NCBI GenBank assembly: GCA_964490075.1
Contig: CAZBBK010000048.1
Coordinates: forward strand, 1 to 42,746
Direction of reading: 5' to 3'
From: an uncultured Gemmatimonadota bacterium
Lineage (GTDB): Bacteria; GCA-2686955
Length of the DNA stretch: 42,746 nucleotides
Shown here: positions 17,393 through 26,239 of the stretch, piece by piece
Position numbering within the stretch: position 1 is the first letter of the stretch
Layout: each line of letters starts with the position of its first letter
The notes under the pieces: model-generated
Databases searched by the model: none
The model's input: the letters and a program-made list of their open reading frames with translations, nothing else
Told to the model about the DNA's origin: nothing
Position numbers and translations under genes: made by a program

Positions 17393-19909
17393 ATGAGGCA
17401 ACGCGTCCCGACCCCCAACGAATCCGCCAGACCGGGACCCAGATCTCGGGTGCGGAAGGACCTCCGTCGCGCGCTGCGTCGCGCCCCCTCGATTCTGTCG
17501 GCGATCTTCCTCGTGGGGTTCGCCCAGGTTGCGGATGGCGAGGTTCTGGAATACCTCGGTCGCTACGACTGTCAAGATGGCCCCGACCACCTGATGGATG
17601 TGCTCGCGCTCGAGGATGATCGCGCCATCGTCGCGAGCAACCAGGCTCTGGCCCTGGTCGACCTGGCGGCGTTGCCGCCGCAGGGGACCCAGACCTACTT
17701 GTCGAGGCTGCAGGGGCTCAACGCCCGTGACGTGGTCGGCAGGGACGAGCGCTGGTTCTACGCCAACCTCAACCGCACGGGCAACGGCGGCAGTGCCGGC
17801 GTGGCCGTGGTCGAGCGGCTGGACGACGAGCTGGTGCTGCGGACGACGCTCGAAGAGACCGATGTGCTCTACGAGAAGCCCTTCGTCACCGCTTCCCACC
17901 TCTACGTGCCCGCGCATGGCGGCGGCCTGCGCGTGTTCGAGCTGACCGACCCGGCCATGCCCACGCTGGTAGGCAGCTTGACCCAGGGGCTCGACGACGC
18001 CTGGGCCGTGGCCGTGGCTGGAGCACGCGCCTATGTGGCCGATGGCGCGGGTGGTCTCAAGGTCGTCGACGTGACGGATCCAACACGGCCGGTGCTGATC
18101 GGTGGCGAGAGCATGGCGCAGGCCCTGGGAACCGCCGAGGCCGTAACGGTTCACCAGGGCAACGTCTATGTGGCCGCTGGGAGCGCGGGCGTAGCGTTCT
18201 ATCGCGGGGGAGATCCCGCGGCTCGCGCCAACTTCCCGGTCGCCGGTTCGGCGGAGGATCTGGACGTCACCGGCAACAGGCTCGTGGTCTCGGACTTCGC
18301 GGGTCTCGCCGTCTTCGACATCGCTCCCGACGGCTCGCTGCTGCGCCTCTGTGGAGAGACGGCCCACCGGCGCTTGGCGGGTTCGCGTGTGAGGCTGCGA
18401 TTGTGTGAGGGGGTGGATGCGACCAACGACGGACGCGTTCTTTGCGGCAACTGGAACTACATGGATGTCTACCGGCTGCGGGCCGCCGGTGCCGCCGAGC
18501 AGCCCGATATCGATGCTTCGACCCAGCGGCTGAGATTCGCGGCCGGCGGCGGAACCGCCGAGGTGCAGGTCTCCAACGACGGAGACGCCAGCCTCAGCAT
18601 CACCGGCATCTCCTGTGGCTCGCCCGCGTTCTCCTTCGACCCCGCGGGAAGTGTGCTCGAACCGGGTGAGAGTATGACTCTGGATCTCGCCTATACGCCG
18701 AGTGGCGTGAGAGACGAGGGCATCCTCGAGATCGCCAGCAACGATCCCGACGAGGCGATTCTGCCGATCCAGCTCTTCGGTCGCACTCAGTATCTGGATC
18801 CCGGCGAGACCGCGACGCCATTTGCGCTCCCGCTGTGGCGCAAGGACCAGGGCGGGACCTGGCTGGAATCCGATTTCGAGCTCGCGGCGCACGCAGGGAA
18901 GATCGTGTGGTTCCAGGTCTACGGACTCTGGTGACCGGCCTGCGCGCCCGCGGTCGCGGACATGCAGAATTCGATCGTTCGAGAGTTCGAGAATCACCCC
19001 AAGGTCGAGGTCGCGGTCTTCGACGAGGGCGGCGATCACGGCGAGACCCTGGACTGGGTTCAGTTCTGGTGGGAGCGCGTCGCCCTGCGGGGCGGCATCA
19101 TCTGGGACGAAGACGGCTCGGTCGGAGGGAACCTCTACGGGCAGCCTTCCACGGGCCTTCCTTTCGGCCGTGGGTTCATCATCGATCCCGACGGCATCGT
19201 CGATACACCCTACTTCGGTCATCGGCCGAAGGCCGCGATCGATCGGATCTACGAGCTGCTGGCCGCCGCTCCCTGCGAGGCGCTCGAGGTGACCGATTCG
19301 GTCTCCCCGTCATCCCTGTTCGTCGGAGACGTCGACTCGGGATCCGTCTCGCTGAGGAACTGCTCGAGCGACCCGATCGCCGCTCGGCTCGATTGGGATT
19401 GTGAGTGGTTGGAGCTGGCGCCGGATCAGCTCGTCATCCCCGCGCAGACCACCGTCGATCTGGCGCTGGATCTGAATGCGAGGAATCTGATCCCCGGCGG
19501 CTACACCTGCCCGATCACCGTGTCGTTCCACGACACCAGCACGGTCCGTGTCTCGATCGACCTGGAAGTGGAATCGCCGCTCGCCATCGAGGTGGTCGAG
19601 GATCCGACCAGCGCGCGCCGCGGCGAGGTGCTGCGCTGGCGGCTCGCGGTGCACAATCGCAGCGACACATCCAGGGCCGCGGATGCCTGGTTCGACGCCT
19701 ATCTTCTGAATGGCAGTCCTCATCCCCTCAACCCGATCATCGGCCCCCTCGCCGGCACGATTCCGCCGGGAGCGACCGAAACCTACTGGTTGGCGGTGGC
19801 CATCCCGGCCGGAGCACCGATCGGGGGGCCGTACCGAATCTGCAACCAGCTCGGAAGTCACCCGGCCTTGTGGGACTCGGACTGCTTCGAGTTGGAGATT
19901 CGGCCTTGA
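17393..19909 (+). CDS. Putative exported selenoprotein: LVIVD repeats + ASH/Ig-like domain + TlpA/AhpC-TSA redoxin (UxxC) + two Ig-like domains; UGA at 18932-18934 read as Sec
   Basis: ORFs 17027-18934 and 18962-19909 are in frame and joined by TGG TGA CCG GCC TGC (W-U-P-A-C) within a thioredoxin fold (GKIVWFQVYGLW-U-PAC...LPFGRGFIIDPDGIV). LVIVD-type repeat AYVADGAGGLKVVDVTDP. N-terminal signal-like segment. Start could be GTG 17450. Confidence 0.82.
18935..18967 (+). promoter_or_regulatory. Candidate bacterial SECIS element
   Basis: Stem CUGCG (18940-44) / UGCAG (18963-67), upper stem CCGC/GCGG, apical loop GGUC (18952-18955) starting 18 nt after the UGA; the same loop and similar spacing as the E. 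coli fdhF SECIS. Confidence 0.7.
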
Positions 19910-19936
19910 TCGGCGGGGGCGGCGGGGGCGGCTTCT

Positions 19937-20749
19937 CTACCGAGACCAGCGCCGCCGATCGAACACCAGCGTGAGCCCCCAGCTCTCCCGGCGCAGGAGG
20001 GGGATGCGGGCGATGACCTCGTCGATGGCGATCAGGGCCCGGGCCCAGCGCTCGCCGCGGCCGACGTGGGCCAGGAGGGGCAGCAGGTCGAGCATGCCGC
20101 ACAAGGGGAAGGCGAGGTAGCCGAAGCGCTCCCTGGCGACCAGGTCGAAGCCGGCGGCGGCGCAGCGCTCGACCAGCCAGCGCGAGGGCAGTGCGTGGTG
20201 ATGCTCGCCGAAGCGGGCCGACCAACGGCGCCAGGCCCAGCGCGGCAGGCGCAGGTGGAGTGCGTCGTGCGAGGGCTCGGAGACCACCAGCCGCCCGCCG
20301 GGGCGCACCACCCGTCCCAGCTCGGCGATGCCCTGCTCCACGGCCGGCAGATGATGCAGTGCCCCGCGGCACACCGCTGCGTCGAAGGTGGCGTCGCCGA
20401 AGGGGAGCCGCGCTCCGTCGCCGCGCACCACCCGCGGCGACCTGCCGCTGGCGGCCAGCATGTCGGGTGACAGGTCGATTCCCACGGCATTCGGGTAGCG
20501 GCGGGCGAGCGCGTCGAGCAGCACGCCGGTGCCGCAGCAGAGATCGAGCACCCCGGCCGGGGCCGAGTCGGGCAGCCGGCGCAGCAGCCGGCCATTCCAC
20601 CAGTCGTGATAGACCCGCCCCGCCGCGGGGCGGTGGCGCTTCTCATACTCCGCCGCCAGCCGGGCGTGCAGCTCGATCTCCGCGGCGCGAGTGGCCTTCG
20701 CCGGTGGGGCGTGGCGGGTGTCCGGGTCGGTTTCGATGCCGATCATCAC
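19937..20749 (-). CDS. Class I SAM-dependent methyltransferase (type 11)
   Basis: VLDLCCGTG, GIDLSPDML, GDGARLPFGDATFD, ALHHL, RVVRPGG. Confidence 0.88.
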   Translation of the reverse strand: MMIGIETDPDTRHAPPAKATRAAEIELHARLAAEYEKRHRPAAGRVYHDWWNGRLLRRLPDSAPAGVLDLCCGTGVLLDALARRYPNAVGIDLSPDMLAASGRSPRVVRGDGARLPFGDATFDAAVCRGALHHLPAVEQGIAELGRVVRPGGRLVVSEPSHDALHLRLPRWAWRRWSARFGEHHHALPSRWLVERCAAAGFDLVARERFGYLAFPLCGMLDLLPLLAHVGRGERWARALIAIDEVIARIPLLRRESWGLTLVFDRRRWSR

Positions 20750-20825
20750 AGTGGCATGATCGTCCCGAAGGTGCCGCCCTTCACTGCAATCTCAGGGTCC
20801 GCGTCACAGCGCCGATCTTTCCTCC

Positions 20826-21740
20826 ATGCAACCTGCCCTCCTCGCCGCACACGCCGGGCCCGCTTCAGGGGACCGGCACGGCTGCCGCCTCTGCGGCGCT
20901 TTCGAGACCGAGCCGCGCTGGTCCGTCGACGGCTATTCCATCGATCGCTGTGCCGCCTGCGGCGTGCTCTTCGTGGTCGACGTGCCCGACTCCGATACCC
21001 TGTCGGCCCACTACGGCGACATCTACCGCGCCCGCTCCGAGCCCTACGGCGGCGGAGATCCCCGCGACTCGGCGGGGCGGCGCAACGCCCGCGGGCGGGT
21101 GCGGATGATCCGCGCCGCCGCCGGCCGCGGCAGCCTGCTCGACGTCGGCTGTGGTGGCGGGGACTTCCTGATCGAGGCCCGGGAATCGTTCGACGTGCAC
21201 GGCGTCGAGGTCAACGAGCAGGCGGCCGCCCATGCGCGCTCGCTCGGCCTGCCGGTCAGCGTGGCGGCCGACCTGGGCGACCTGGTGGCGGCGGGGCGGC
21301 GCTACGACGTCGTGACTCTCTGGGACGTGATCGAGCATCTGGCCGATCCCGTCGGCGCCCTGTGCCAGGTGCGGGCTCTGCTCGCGCCCGACGGGCTGCT
21401 CTTCATGACCACCGGAGACGCCGGCAGCCTGGCGGCGCGCGCCAGCGGCCGCCGCTGGCACCTGCTGACCCCGCCGCTCCACCTCTTCTTCTTCACGCGC
21501 ACCTCGATGGCCTGGATGCTCGACCGGGCCGGCTTCGCGCCGCCCGCGATCCGCTACCCGGCGCAGAAGGTAGCGCTCGGCTTCGCCGCCTTCAAGCTGG
21601 CGGACCGCGCGCCCTCGCCCTTCACCCGCACGGCGCAGCGCCTGATCGACCGCCTGCCGCTGCGCCGCTGGGCGCTGGGCGTCAATCTGTGGGACGTGAT
21701 GCTGGTCGCCAGCCGCGTTTCCGGCTCAATCGAGGCGTAG
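20826..21740 (+). CDS. Class I SAM-dependent methyltransferase with N-terminal zinc ribbon
   Basis: CRLCG...CAACG, LLDVGCGGGDFL, YDVVTLWDVIEHLADP, HLFFFT. Confidence 0.88.
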   Translation: MQPALLAAHAGPASGDRHGCRLCGAFETEPRWSVDGYSIDRCAACGVLFVVDVPDSDTLSAHYGDIYRARSEPYGGGDPRDSAGRRNARGRVRMIRAAAGRGSLLDVGCGGGDFLIEARESFDVHGVEVNEQAAAHARSLGLPVSVAADLGDLVAAGRRYDVVTLWDVIEHLADPVGALCQVRALLAPDGLLFMTTGDAGSLAARASGRRWHLLTPPLHLFFFTRTSMAWMLDRAGFAPPAIRYPAQKVALGFAAFKLADRAPSPFTRTAQRLIDRLPLRRWALGVNLWDVMLVASRVSGSIEA

Positions 21741-22706
21741 CGCGAGGTAGCGGATCGTTCCCACGTCGTAGAAGCCCAGGCGGCGGTAGAGCCAGCGAGC
21801 GGCGCGGTTCTCCCGGTCGACGTCGAGGCGCACCGTCTCCGCTCCTTCGGCGGCCATCGCCGAGAGCCCGGCCTTCATCAGCCGCCGGCCCCATCCGCGA
21901 CCGCGCACTCGCGCGCGCACTCCGATGTCGTCCAGAAAGGCCTCCCGCTCGGAGCGGCGGCTCCATTCGAAGAAGCCTTCCGCCTCTCCCGAGTCGGCCC
22001 CCACGCCGATCAGCACCCGCTCGGCGCCGGCCCCTTCGCGCGCCAGGCGCTCCGCTCCACCGCGCTCGCCGTGCGGGTGGTACATCCAGGTGTCGCCCAG
22101 CACTTCGTCGAGCAGCTCGCCCAGGATCGCGGCTGGGTCCCGCCCGGTGCGCTGGGCGTGGTCGCCCAGGGGCTCGATGAAGGACTCCCCCAGGGTCGCG
22201 CCGCGCACCAGGTCGGCGTCGCTCAGCGCGTCCCAGCTGCCGGAGAGCGCACGCTCCATCTGGGAGTAGATCCGCTGCTCGCGATAGCCGCGGTTGTGCA
22301 GCACGATGCGCCGCTCGTGATCGGCCCCCTCGACCTCGAAGCGCAGGCAGCGCCAGCCGCGCGCGGCGGCCGCGTGCTCGGCCGCGTTGAGCAGGGCGTG
22401 GGCGCAGGGGCGGTGGCGCACCGAGAGGTCGGGCGCCAGGAAGGGGCCGAGCGCGGTGAAAAACTCGTCCTCGCGGTAGAGCGCGATGAAGCCGTCGATG
22501 CCGCTGCCCGGGTGCGGCTTCACGAACAGGTCCCTGCGCGGATCGCGGCCTTCCTCGGGAGCGGCGAAGGCTTCGCGAAAAGCCTGCTCGCCCGGCGCCC
22601 TGCCGTCGGGGGCGATGCGTCCCATCAACGTCAGCAAGGCGGGAAGATCGGATTCGGAGAAGGGGCGCACGGAGGGAGCCGGGCGGGAAAGGGCCAGAGC
22701 GCTCAT
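21726..22706 (-). CDS. Tandem GNAT acetyltransferase
   Basis: C-terminal IGVRARVRGRGWGRRLM and LDVDRENRAARWLYRRLGF; degenerate N-terminal GNAT half. Overlaps the convergent gene by 15 bp. Confidence 0.82.
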   Translation of the reverse strand: MSALALSRPAPSVRPFSESDLPALLTLMGRIAPDGRAPGEQAFREAFAAPEEGRDPRRDLFVKPHPGSGIDGFIALYREDEFFTALGPFLAPDLSVRHRPCAHALLNAAEHAAAARGWRCLRFEVEGADHERRIVLHNRGYREQRIYSQMERALSGSWDALSDADLVRGATLGESFIEPLGDHAQRTGRDPAAILGELLDEVLGDTWMYHPHGERGGAERLAREGAGAERVLIGVGADSGEAEGFFEWSRRSEREAFLDDIGVRARVRGRGWGRRLMKAGLSAMAAEGAETVRLDVDRENRAARWLYRRLGFYDVGTIRYLALRLD

Positions 22707-22881
22707 CTTGAGACCTCTTTCTCTTCTGGTCCGTCAGCGTGCGGCGGCGGCCGCCATGGAGCCCTGCTACCGGTAACTCTGGTCTTGGCGGCGGGCGCTG
22801 ACAAGGGCCGATCATCAAGCGGCGGCGATTCCGGGCGATTCATCAGGAGAGCTCGTCCATCCACGCCAGCCCAGGGGTCCC

Positions 22882-25800
22882 ATGTCCAGGAAGAAGAACC
22901 GGAAACGCTCCAAGGCCGGGGCGCGATCCCGATCCGGCGCCGCCAAACCGCCGCGAGCCAGCACTGGCCTCCCGGCCCGCGCCGACGGCACCCCGACGCT
23001 CACGGTTTCCATGATCGCGCGCGATGAGGCGGAGCTCCTACCGGCCTGCCTGGCCAGCATCGCGGATCTCGCCGACGAGATCGTGCTGGTCGATACCGGC
23101 TCGGCCGACGCCACCATCGAGATCGCCCGCCGCCACGGCGCCCGCATCGGCCACTTCGAATGGGTCGACGACTTCGCCGCGGCGCGCAACGCATCGTCGG
23201 CCATGGCACGCGGCGACTGGGTGCTGAGCCTCGATGCCGACGAGGAGATCGACGCGGCCGACCACGCGCGAATCCGCAGGCTGATCGCCGCCGACCGCGC
23301 CGATGCCTTCCAGATGACCACCCGCAACTACTGTCAGCGGGTCACCGCGCCGAACTTCCGGCCCGACGACGGCTCCTACCCGGGGCGCTGCCTCAGCGAG
23401 CCAGGCTGGGTTCCGTCCATCAAGATCCGGCTCTGGAGGAACCACCTCGGCCTGGAGTGGCGGCGACCGGTCCACGAGCTGATCGAAGGCAGCGCCCAGG
23501 AGCTCGGCGCGCGCATGCTCTCCACCGCCGTGCCGATCCATCACTACGGCCTGACCCAGCGCAGCGCAGCCAAGCAGGAGCACTACTTCCAGCTGGGATT
23601 GCGGGCCATCGAGGAGAACCCGCTCGATTCCGGCGCCCACCTCGAGGTGGGGTTGCTCTCGGTCCATCGCGGCGAGATCGAGAAGGCGCTTGAGCACCTC
23701 GCCCGCGCCGCCGAGCTCTCGCCGCGTCCGGCCAATCCGCTGGTGCAGATGGCGGGAGTGCTGCTGACCGAGATGCGCTTCGACGAGGCCCGGGAGCGCC
23801 TGGAGACCGCGCTCGAGCTCGAGCCGGACAACGGCGAGGTGCTGCACGCCTTTGGCGTGCTCGAGCATTTCGGCGCGGGCGACAGCACCAAGGCGATCTC
23901 CTACCTGCGCCGATCGCTCGAGGTCAATCCGGACTACGCCCTCGCCCACTTCAATCTGGCTCGTTGCCGGCGCGCTCTCGGGCAGTCGGACGAGGCGCTG
24001 ATCGAGATCCGCCGCGCGACGGAGCTGGCGCCGCGTCATCTTCCGGTGCTGGAGATGCACGCCGGAATCGCCCTGGAGCTGGGCCGGCCCGAAGACGCGC
24101 TCTCGGTGCTCGACCGATCTCTCGAGGTTGATCCGGAGCACTGGAAGACGCACAACAACCGTGGCATCGCCCTGTTTCGTCTCGGTTCCTTCACCGAGGC
24201 CGAAGCGGCTCTCGACCGTGCAGAAGAGCTGCAGCCCGATTCCCCGGAGGTGCGCCGCAATCTGGCCGAGCTGGCGCGCCTGCGCGACGGTGGGGCGGCA
24301 TTCGAAGGCTGTCCGGGGGCACGCCGCCCCGGCATCTCGCTCTGCATGATCGTCAAGAACGAGGAGGACAACCTGGGACGCTGCCTCGAGAGCGCCGCGC
24401 CGGCCTTCGACCAGATCGTGGTGGTCGACACCGGCTCCAGCGATTCCACCCGCGAGATCGCCGCGGCGCACGGCGCCGAGATCCATCACTTCGAGTGGTG
24501 CGACGACTTCGCGGCGGCGCGCAACCGGTCGCTCTCCTTCGCCGAGTGCGAATGGGTCATGTGGCTCGACGCCGACGACGCCTTTCCCGCCGAGTCGGTG
24601 GCGCGGCTGCGCGAGCTGGTGGACTCCGGGCGCGCGCCGGCGGGGCTCCAGATCACTCTGCTCATGGCGCAGTCCGGGGCCTTCCGTCAGCGGGTCCGGC
24701 AGCTCAGGATCTTCCCCAACCGCCCGGGCATTCACTTCGAGGGGGTGATCCACGAGCAGGTGGTGCGCAGCCTCGAGGCGGCGGCGATCGGTGTCGAGCA
24801 GGCGGCGGCGATCGTGGTCGAGCACCTGGGCTACTCCGATGCGGGCGAGGTGCGCCGCAAGTCGGAGCGCAACCTGGCCCTGCTGCGGACCGCGGCGGAG
24901 GGCCTCGGCGCCACCTACGTCGATCGCTACAACCTGGTGCAGGGCTGTTTCGGCGCCGGGCGTGCGAGCGAGGCCGAAGCGTCTCTGGGCGCCCTGCTCG
25001 ACGACCGCCGCTGCCGCGCGGAGCGGCTCGATATCTGGTCCCATGCTTCGGTGCTGCGGGGACGGCTGCGCCAGGGACGCGGGGAGCACATGGAAGCGCT
25101 GGCCGACTTCGACCGAGCGGCCGAGGCCGATCCCCAGAGCGTCCTGGCCGCCTACTTCCAGGCGACCGCCCACAAGGCCCTGGGCGACTCGCGAGCGGCG
25201 CGGGCCGCGCTCTTGCGCGCCACCGTCGAGCCCGGCGCCGCTCCCGCGATCGCCACAGCGGCCGAACGGGTGCGTTACCAGGCCCTGATGGAGCTGGCGG
25301 GGATACACGTCGCCGAGGTCGATCTCGGCCAGGCGCGCGAGTTGCTGCAGCGCGCCATCGCGCTCGCCCCGGCCCACCCCGAGGCACCGATCCTGCTGGC
25401 CCGCGTCGATGCCCGCGCCGGTCTGACCGAGCAGGCGGCGCGGCTCCTCGAGAGCACGCTGGAGCTTGCGGGGCCGCTCCCGGAGCTGCTGCTGCCCCTC
25501 GGCAACCTCTACTTCGAGCGCCGCGATCTAAGGCGCGCCGAGTCGATCTACGCCCGTGCCGCGCCGCCGACCCCGAGAATCTCGGCCAACCTGGGCAAGG
25601 TGCTGGTGCTCCAGGGCCGCGACGACGAGGCGATCCCTCACCTGGAGGAGGCGCTGGAGGGCGCCCCCGAGCTCGGCGACCTGCATGGCGTTCTGGGCGA
25701 TGCCTATCTGCGCCGCGACAGACCCGGCGAGGCGCTCGAGCACTACGAGACCGCGTTGCGCTCCGGCCAGCCCAGAAGCGCCACCACGCTGGCCAAGATC

Positions 25801-25932
25801 AGCCAGGCCTACGCCCGGCTCGGTCACGACGAGTCAGCGCGTCTGGCCCACTCAGCGGCGCTGAGGTTGCGCGAGGGCGGCGCCCCGGCCGGTTCCGCGC
25901 CGGTGGATCCGTCCCCGGCCCGCCTCCCGTGA
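22882..25932 (+). CDS. GT2-TPR-GT2-TPR glycosyltransferase, probable flagellin glycosyltransferase
   Basis: Two modules of the type S(L/V)xMI(A/V)(R/K)(D/N)E...VDTGS...FEWxDDFAAARN...LDAD...HE...HxG, each followed by TPR repeats; directly upstream of flagellin. Confidence 0.9.
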   Translation: MSRKKNRKRSKAGARSRSGAAKPPRASTGLPARADGTPTLTVSMIARDEAELLPACLASIADLADEIVLVDTGSADATIEIARRHGARIGHFEWVDDFAAARNASSAMARGDWVLSLDADEEIDAADHARIRRLIAADRADAFQMTTRNYCQRVTAPNFRPDDGSYPGRCLSEPGWVPSIKIRLWRNHLGLEWRRPVHELIEGSAQELGARMLSTAVPIHHYGLTQRSAAKQEHYFQLGLRAIEENPLDSGAHLEVGLLSVHRGEIEKALEHLARAAELSPRPANPLVQMAGVLLTEMRFDEARERLETALELEPDNGEVLHAFGVLEHFGAGDSTKAISYLRRSLEVNPDYALAHFNLARCRRALGQSDEALIEIRRATELAPRHLPVLEMHAGIALELGRPEDALSVLDRSLEVDPEHWKTHNNRGIALFRLGSFTEAEAALDRAEELQPDSPEVRRNLAELARLRDGGAAFEGCPGARRPGISLCMIVKNEEDNLGRCLESAAPAFDQIVVVDTGSSDSTREIAAAHGAEIHHFEWCDDFAAARNRSLSFAECEWVMWLDADDAFPAESVARLRELVDSGRAPAGLQITLLMAQSGAFRQRVRQLRIFPNRPGIHFEGVIHEQVVRSLEAAAIGVEQAAAIVVEHLGYSDAGEVRRKSERNLALLRTAAEGLGATYVDRYNLVQGCFGAGRASEAEASLGALLDDRRCRAERLDIWSHASVLRGRLRQGRGEHMEALADFDRAAEADPQSVLAAYFQATAHKALGDSRAARAALLRATVEPGAAPAIATAAERVRYQALMELAGIHVAEVDLGQARELLQRAIALAPAHPEAPILLARVDARAGLTEQAARLLESTLELAGPLPELLLPLGNLYFERRDLRRAESIYARAAPPTPRISANLGKVLVLQGRDDEAIPHLEEALEGAPELGDLHGVLGDAYLRRDRPGEALEHYETALRSGQPRSATTLAKISQAYARLGHDESARLAHSAALRLREGGAPAGSAPVDPSPARLP

Positions 25933-25976
25933 ACGAGAAATCGCCGAGGCCCTCGCCAGCAAGGGCGTTTGGACCC

Positions 25977-26004
25977 TAAAGCCAACCGGCCCTTCGCCCG
26001 ATGG
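25977..26004 (+). promoter_or_regulatory. Sigma-28 (FliA/SigD)-like promoter of flagellin
   Basis: TAAA (25977-80) - 16 nt - CCCGATGG (25997-26004) versus consensus TAAA-N15/16-GCCGATAA; flgM is in the locus. Confidence 0.7.
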
Positions 26005-26110
26005 TATGCGTGAGCGCCATAGAAGCCGGACTCCCCTCCGCTTTCATGGACTCACGCCGAAACGAGGGCGTCGAGCCGCCAGGCGCGACGCTCTCAACCA
26101 CCAAGAGCAG

Positions 26111-26234
26111 CGAGGCAAGGACGCCTCGTCGGCCCGCCCGGCCTCGGCATTCACGAAAGCCGCGAACCGGGGACGGAGTCGGGATCGCGCCGCCGCTCAG
26201 GAGGAAGGCGGGGGCGGCACCCATCACGGAGGAT
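26111..26234 (+). promoter_or_regulatory. CsrA-binding sites in the flagellin 5' UTR
   Basis: Hairpin CGAGGC-AAGGAC-GCCTCG (26111-26128) and ATC-ACGGAG-GAT (26223-26234) overlapping the GGAGG Shine-Dalgarno; further GGA motifs at 26046, 26173 and 26198. Confidence 0.7.
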
Positions 26235-26239
26235 CGAAG

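Noticed and set aside
26005-26239. c-di-GMP riboswitch in the flagellin leader
   Set aside because: GAAA loops occur but the GEMM core (GGCAAAC...GACGCAAAGC) is absent; CsrA sites explain the leader better.
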